A DNA stretch of 13,490 nucleotides from Paraspadella gotoi (lineage: Eukaryota > Animalia > Chaetognatha): assembly GCA_051294375.1 (NCBI GenBank), contig JBJCIZ010001100.1, forward strand, positions 1 through 13,490. The letters run 5' to 3'. Both the position numbers and the translations under genes were made by a program. The notes below the pieces were generated by a model. It did no database searches. It worked only from the letters and a program-made list of their open reading frames with translations, and was not told the origin of the DNA. This document shows, piece after piece, positions 9,452-13,490 of the stretch (positions are counted from its first letter, which is position 1; each line of letters begins with the position of its first letter).

Positions 9452-10527
9452 CTAACGACGACCATGAGAACCAAACCCATAACCCCCCTGCCAACCCATC
9501 TGACCCATCCGACTCATTTGACCCATCTGACCCATCCGACCCATTTGACCATATCTGACCCATCTGACCCATTTGACCCATCTGACCCATTGGACCCATC
9601 TGATCCATCTGACCCATTTGACCCATCTGTCCCATGCCCATCTCCACGCCCATGCCCTGCCAACCACCCCGACCCCAAGTGCCAGACCCTGAGGACCATT
9701 TCCCAACAAGGGCGGCCGTCTTTCCCTACTCCCCACCCCCATGCCCTGACTGCCAGGATCGCCCTGATGGCAACCAGGCCCATCCCTATACCAAACCCTG
9801 CTAAATCCCTTACCCCTCTTACTTTGACCTCTCCCAGGACTCGTGACCTACCCCTCTTTTTACCTCGACCCCTTGACCTTTCCGCCTTCTTATTACACCT
9901 TTACCCTGGATCTCCTTTCCCCTTCCCTACCCCACTCTTCCCTCCTCTACCTCCTTACGCTCACTCACCACCCCTCAGCCCCTCTCTGAGCCCCCACACT
10001 CCACCCCTTCTAAACCCATGGAACCTTGAATAGGCCCCGCAGGAACCTCCGGAGCAGCCACAGGCGAAAAGCCGCCGGGAAGCCTCCACAGGAGGACCGC
10101 CCCCTCCCTCTTCCCCTGTCCCCCTCTCCCTCCTCTTCCTTCCCCTCATCATTCTACCATCGCTCTCCGCCATTCAGCTCCACCACACCTCACTTACCAA
10201 TTCCTCCCTCACCTCCCCCTCTCCCTCCGCCGCGTCCCCACTAACCACATCCCCCCTAACCCCCCCCTTCCAACGCGTCCTCCCTATCCGGTAGCGCGTA
10301 GTTGCTGACTGGATCATAAGCCGGAACACCCCTCTCAGACGCCTCGTCGTTGACAGGCGTCGGAGCGAACCCGTAATCAGTCAAATCTGTGTGAATCGAC
10401 GCCGCGCCCGCACCCGCATCCACGCCTGTAGATGGAACATCAACGTTGCCAACGCTGCCGTCACCTCCTGCTGGGCGCCGAGATGTCGACGACCTCGATT
10501 GGAGGAGCGACGGGATAAATTTGAACA
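9452..10527 (-). pseudogene. Possible antisense exon/ORF for an acidic, Gly/Glu/Arg-rich low-complexity protein, frameshifted
   Basis: GC-rich island between AT-rich spacers. It begins right after an acceptor-like tctaat..tcatattcatttatattctacAG (AG ends at 10528, minus strand). Fragments: VQIYPVAPPIEVVDIS / PAGGDGSVGNVDV...DREDALEGGG / ...DGSNGSDGSD / GGYGFGSHGRR*. Confidence 0.4.
9491..9635. repeat. 9-bp minisatellite (ytgacccat) x16
   Basis: 16 consecutive units ctgacccat/ttgacccat/ccgacccat, one of them 10 bp; on the minus strand reads (GSD/GSN)n or (GQM)n. Confidence 0.95.
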
Positions 10528-11137
10528 CTGTAGAATATAAATGAATATGAATTAGACAATGATTAGAAACATGTAGACAATGACTAAACAATGATCTGTT
10601 AGACAATATTTACAATACATTACGACCACGATGACAGCACGATCACTTACATTAAGAATTGTTGTTATTTAATAAACCATGATCACAAAAAAAAATAAAC
10701 AAAAAAAAATAAAAAAATAATAAGAGAATTGAAAAAAAAAAAATGAATTGATAAAAAAAGATTGATGTCAGAAATGCGTACGAAAAAAAAAAAGAATATT
10801 TGTCCTCCTTCATATTTTTAGTTTCACGTAATTTGTTTAAATTGTAAAGGTTAGGTCTCTCTCTTATTTTCTTTCAATGTTATTACTATAATGCATATTT
10901 TGTAGTTCAAAGATTTAAATGTAACAAAACAAAGTAGCGAGAAGAGAAGAAGAGGCAAGAATTGCTAACTCACTTTCATATTTTAGCTCCGTTAAAGTTA
11001 AGCGTTATTATCCAAATAGAATAAATTTTTAAAACTCAACTCTTCTACTAATTAGGTAAATCCGATAACAACATTAAGTCAATCGATCGAACATTGAAAT
11101 AGCTCTCTATTCCACATCTGAGGGTTAAAGGGTCACG

Positions 11138-11356
11138 CTACCGACATGGTGCCAGCGCTGCTGTCTTACCTTCTTGCGGCCCTTTTGGTTTTCCTGCCAT
11201 GGGGTTGGTAGTTTTTTGTTGGGCTTTGTAGAAGGTTCTGGGATTTTCTTTTCTTCTTCCCGGAGGGCAGGAGTGGGGACAGTGGCGTTGCGCCGCTCCT
11301 TTCTTTTCGGGCAAATTAGCGCTGGTTTGGGTGGACAGGCGTTGGCCGTCTTTCAC
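11138..11356 (-). other. Small GC-richer island with a Lys/Pro-rich minus-strand reading; possible exon or short ORF
   Basis: 72-aa ORF with GTG start (PEKKGAAQR...GKPKGPQEGK) flanked by AT-rich DNA; no recognisable domain. Confidence 0.2.
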
Positions 11357-11702
11357 TGTCTCACCGACAAGGTTTATGTGTATAAAATATGTAAAATAAA
11401 ATGCAGGGTAGTTAGTTCTCTCATTCCTCGATGCTTATAATATTTATTGTTTTATTTTATTGAAATTAACGAAATTTAATAATATCAAATACTAAACTTT
11501 AGCAAATGTTAATGATAATGTATAATGTAAGGATAAAAGAAAATCCAATATGTAGATCTATTGATATCGGTCAAGTTGTTTCGTTATACTTATTCTATAT
11601 GTGATTTGCTTTATTTTGGGCGATATACGGAATAGTCGATACGATATAATAATTCGATTACGATTTAACACCTCAGGCGACTACGAAAATTAATTCCGAA
11701 AT

Positions 11703-12734
11703 ATGGAGAATGTTGAAATCCCGGAGGAGGAGGGCGCGAGTAATGCCATGCCCGAGCCTCCGTTGGAGGATGCGCCACAAGAGGATCAATCACTGAATGA
11801 CCAAGCACAGGCTGATCAGCCGCAGATTGACCAGGCGAATGCAGATCAGGGTCTGCTGCCTGAATTGTCAACCGAAGGAAATTTCATGGACGAGGGAGGA
11901 CAAGCACTAATGCAATTCTTCCTAGTCGGACCATATACGATGGCCGTCAATGTGGGGAGCCCACTGATGGAAAAAGCGTTCGTGGTGGTGGTGGACGGCC
12001 CCGGGTCGTCTATCGCGGATCCAATAAGACGAGAGCATGCGCACGCGGCTGGAATTTATAGTCGCGTGCCAATCCTTTTTGAACAGATTTCTGAAAGGGT
12101 TTATGGACGCCTTGGGCGGTCGGAGGACTATGAACAACCGCCACCTGAGTCGGGCTCGGATGATGATGAGATGCCCGAATTGGAAAATATTCAATCAAAA
12201 ACAGCATCGGACGAGCCTGCCAATGGATCGAGCGAGAATGGTTGGGGATTCGAGGGTCCGGCTGTTGAGCTAAATGGGAGTGATGAAGATGCTGACCAGC
12301 CTGAGCAATCCCGCCCTGGTACGGGGGGTAACGGTCCGAGCGACCCAGACGGTAATGGCGGTGATGGAGGAGATGATGGTGAACCGACGGCTTGGGACGC
12401 GAGCGAGGAAGCGGAGTGGGTTACGCTGCAGCAGCGAACCCTTCACGAACTATCCAGTCGAATTGAGCCGGTGACCGCTTATGCGGCGCAAATGGTGTTC
12501 GATGGCCGTTTGGTGAGGACATCGGCGACTCGCTTTCTGATTTATAGGGAGGAGTATACGTTTCTCCTCCAAGACGAGAAGGATCTGTATGTTCGACTTA
12601 CTGCGAAAAGTCGAGAAAGTATGGAGGNNNNNNNNNNNNNNNNNNNNNNNNNGAATCTTCCACAATTCGACGGTGCACTGGCGGACGCGTTTCGGACATT
12701 TATCGAGCACAGAAGTAACTCAAGCCACAGGTGA
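11703..12734 (+). CDS. Hypothetical acidic protein (>=308 aa before the assembly gap); true 3' end uncertain
   Basis: ATG in good context (aatATGG) after an AT-rich spacer; longest uninterrupted ORF in the window; alternates acidic disordered tracts with hydrophobic globular-looking blocks. The frame beyond the N-run is unreliable. Confidence 0.6.
   Translation: MENVEIPEEEGASNAMPEPPLEDAPQEDQSLNDQAQADQPQIDQANADQGLLPELSTEGNFMDEGGQALMQFFLVGPYTMAVNVGSPLMEKAFVVVVDGPGSSIADPIRREHAHAAGIYSRVPILFEQISERVYGRLGRSEDYEQPPPESGSDDDEMPELENIQSKTASDEPANGSSENGWGFEGPAVELNGSDEDADQPEQSRPGTGGNGPSDPDGNGGDGGDDGEPTAWDASEEAEWVTLQQRTLHELSSRIEPVTAYAAQMVFDGRLVRTSATRFLIYREEYTFLLQDEKDLYVRLTAKSRESMEXXXXXXXXXNLPQFDGALADAFRTFIEHRSNSSHR
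12628..12652. other. Assembly gap (25 N)
   Basis: Run of 25 n characters. Confidence 1.
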
Positions 12735-13490
12735 CAGAGGAACGTACCGGCGTGGCGGAGATCAAGTCGCCCAGCCAGAAGCCGCGTCAGACTTGTGGCA
12801 AGTACTTGTCACTCTATTTCCAAGGGATCTACCAAAACAGCTGAGGTAGACTCAAAGTCACCTATCTCACTGTACCTCAAGAGGCCTTTTCTCAATTCAA
12901 CGGAGTCATTCGTATCGGTAGTAGACGATACTATTCAAACTTCGGTCTTTAGCCATTGAGTGTTGCGGAGGTGAGCATACGCTGCATTTTGCAGCTGCTG
13001 ACCCGGCTGACGGAACCTTGGTGTAATGTCTTCTCCGGCAAAGACAACCCTGCTACAGGAGGGTTCGCCCTCATCCCGTCCCAGGGTCCATCTTCTCCAC
13101 AGATCTGTGAGGTACTTATGACTATCCCTCGTTCCACGAGGCAGAACCACTGGTCTTGTCTGTATCTCGTTCTGAAATTACATCTTCCTGCTACTGACGG
13201 CAACCCGTCCAGGGTGAAGGAGCAGGTAATAACTTGTTGTCGATGAAGATATATGAGACGGAGGCCGACTCTACCCCCATTGATCCATCACCTCGCACAG
13301 TGTAAAATGTCGCTCATAGTATATGGACGGGTTTCCGAGTAGGATTTTTCAGATACAAACAAGGCCGTGGTTCTGCTCCTGGAACGAGATAGTCATCACT
13401 CACAGACGTGGAGGAAGGTGGACTTGGGACGATGAGGCCCTCCAGCGTTCTGAGAATACACCAAGGTACGCAGGGGAGCAGCTGCAGTTG
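12653..13490 (+). other. Coding-like complex sequence with broken frames, possibly the continuation of the 11703 ORF
   Basis: Balanced GC, non-repetitive; short + fragments such as SDLWQVLVTLFPRDLPKQLR and VTYLTVPQEAFSQFNGVIRIG; no family recognised. Confidence 0.3.

Noticed and set aside
9464-10244. + strand Pro/Leu/Ser-rich ORFs 9464-10033 and 10026-10244
   Set aside because: C/T-rich strand that avoids stops by composition; more plausibly the shadow of the minus-strand purine-rich reading, though not excluded.
10921-10960. Purine run gagaagagaagaagaggcaag as a polypurine tract
   Set aside because: Not followed by a TG-starting sequence that can be matched to another LTR copy in the window.
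11703-13490. env gene
   Set aside because: No signal peptide, furin/fusion motif or transmembrane anchor in the visible frames; the protein is acidic and looks cytosolic.

Overview
Eukaryotic (probably animal) DNA dominated by the internal region of a large, divergent Ty3/Gypsy-type LTR retroelement on the + strand. It has a ~1.2 kb leader built from successive tandem arrays and a gag (1212-3510) with a capsid-like segment and two atypical CX2CX5HX4C knuckles. About 1 kb of extra coding-like sequence follows, including a candidate compact OTU/papain-like Cys-His protease fold. After that come an aspartic protease (DTGA), RT (YADN), RNase H and a GPY/F-like integrase C-terminal module; no integrase HHCC/DDE core is recognisable. 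The polyprotein is broken by many small indels (decay or uncorrected long-read errors). No LTR pair, PBS or PPT can be demonstrated inside the window. The 3' 5 kb holds GC-richer coding-like islands separated by AT-rich spacers: an antisense, acidic, Gly-rich frame ending in a 9-bp repeat (9452-10527), and a divergently oriented orphan + strand ORF from 11703 interrupted by a 25-N gap. These may be accessory cargo of the element or unrelated neighbours.
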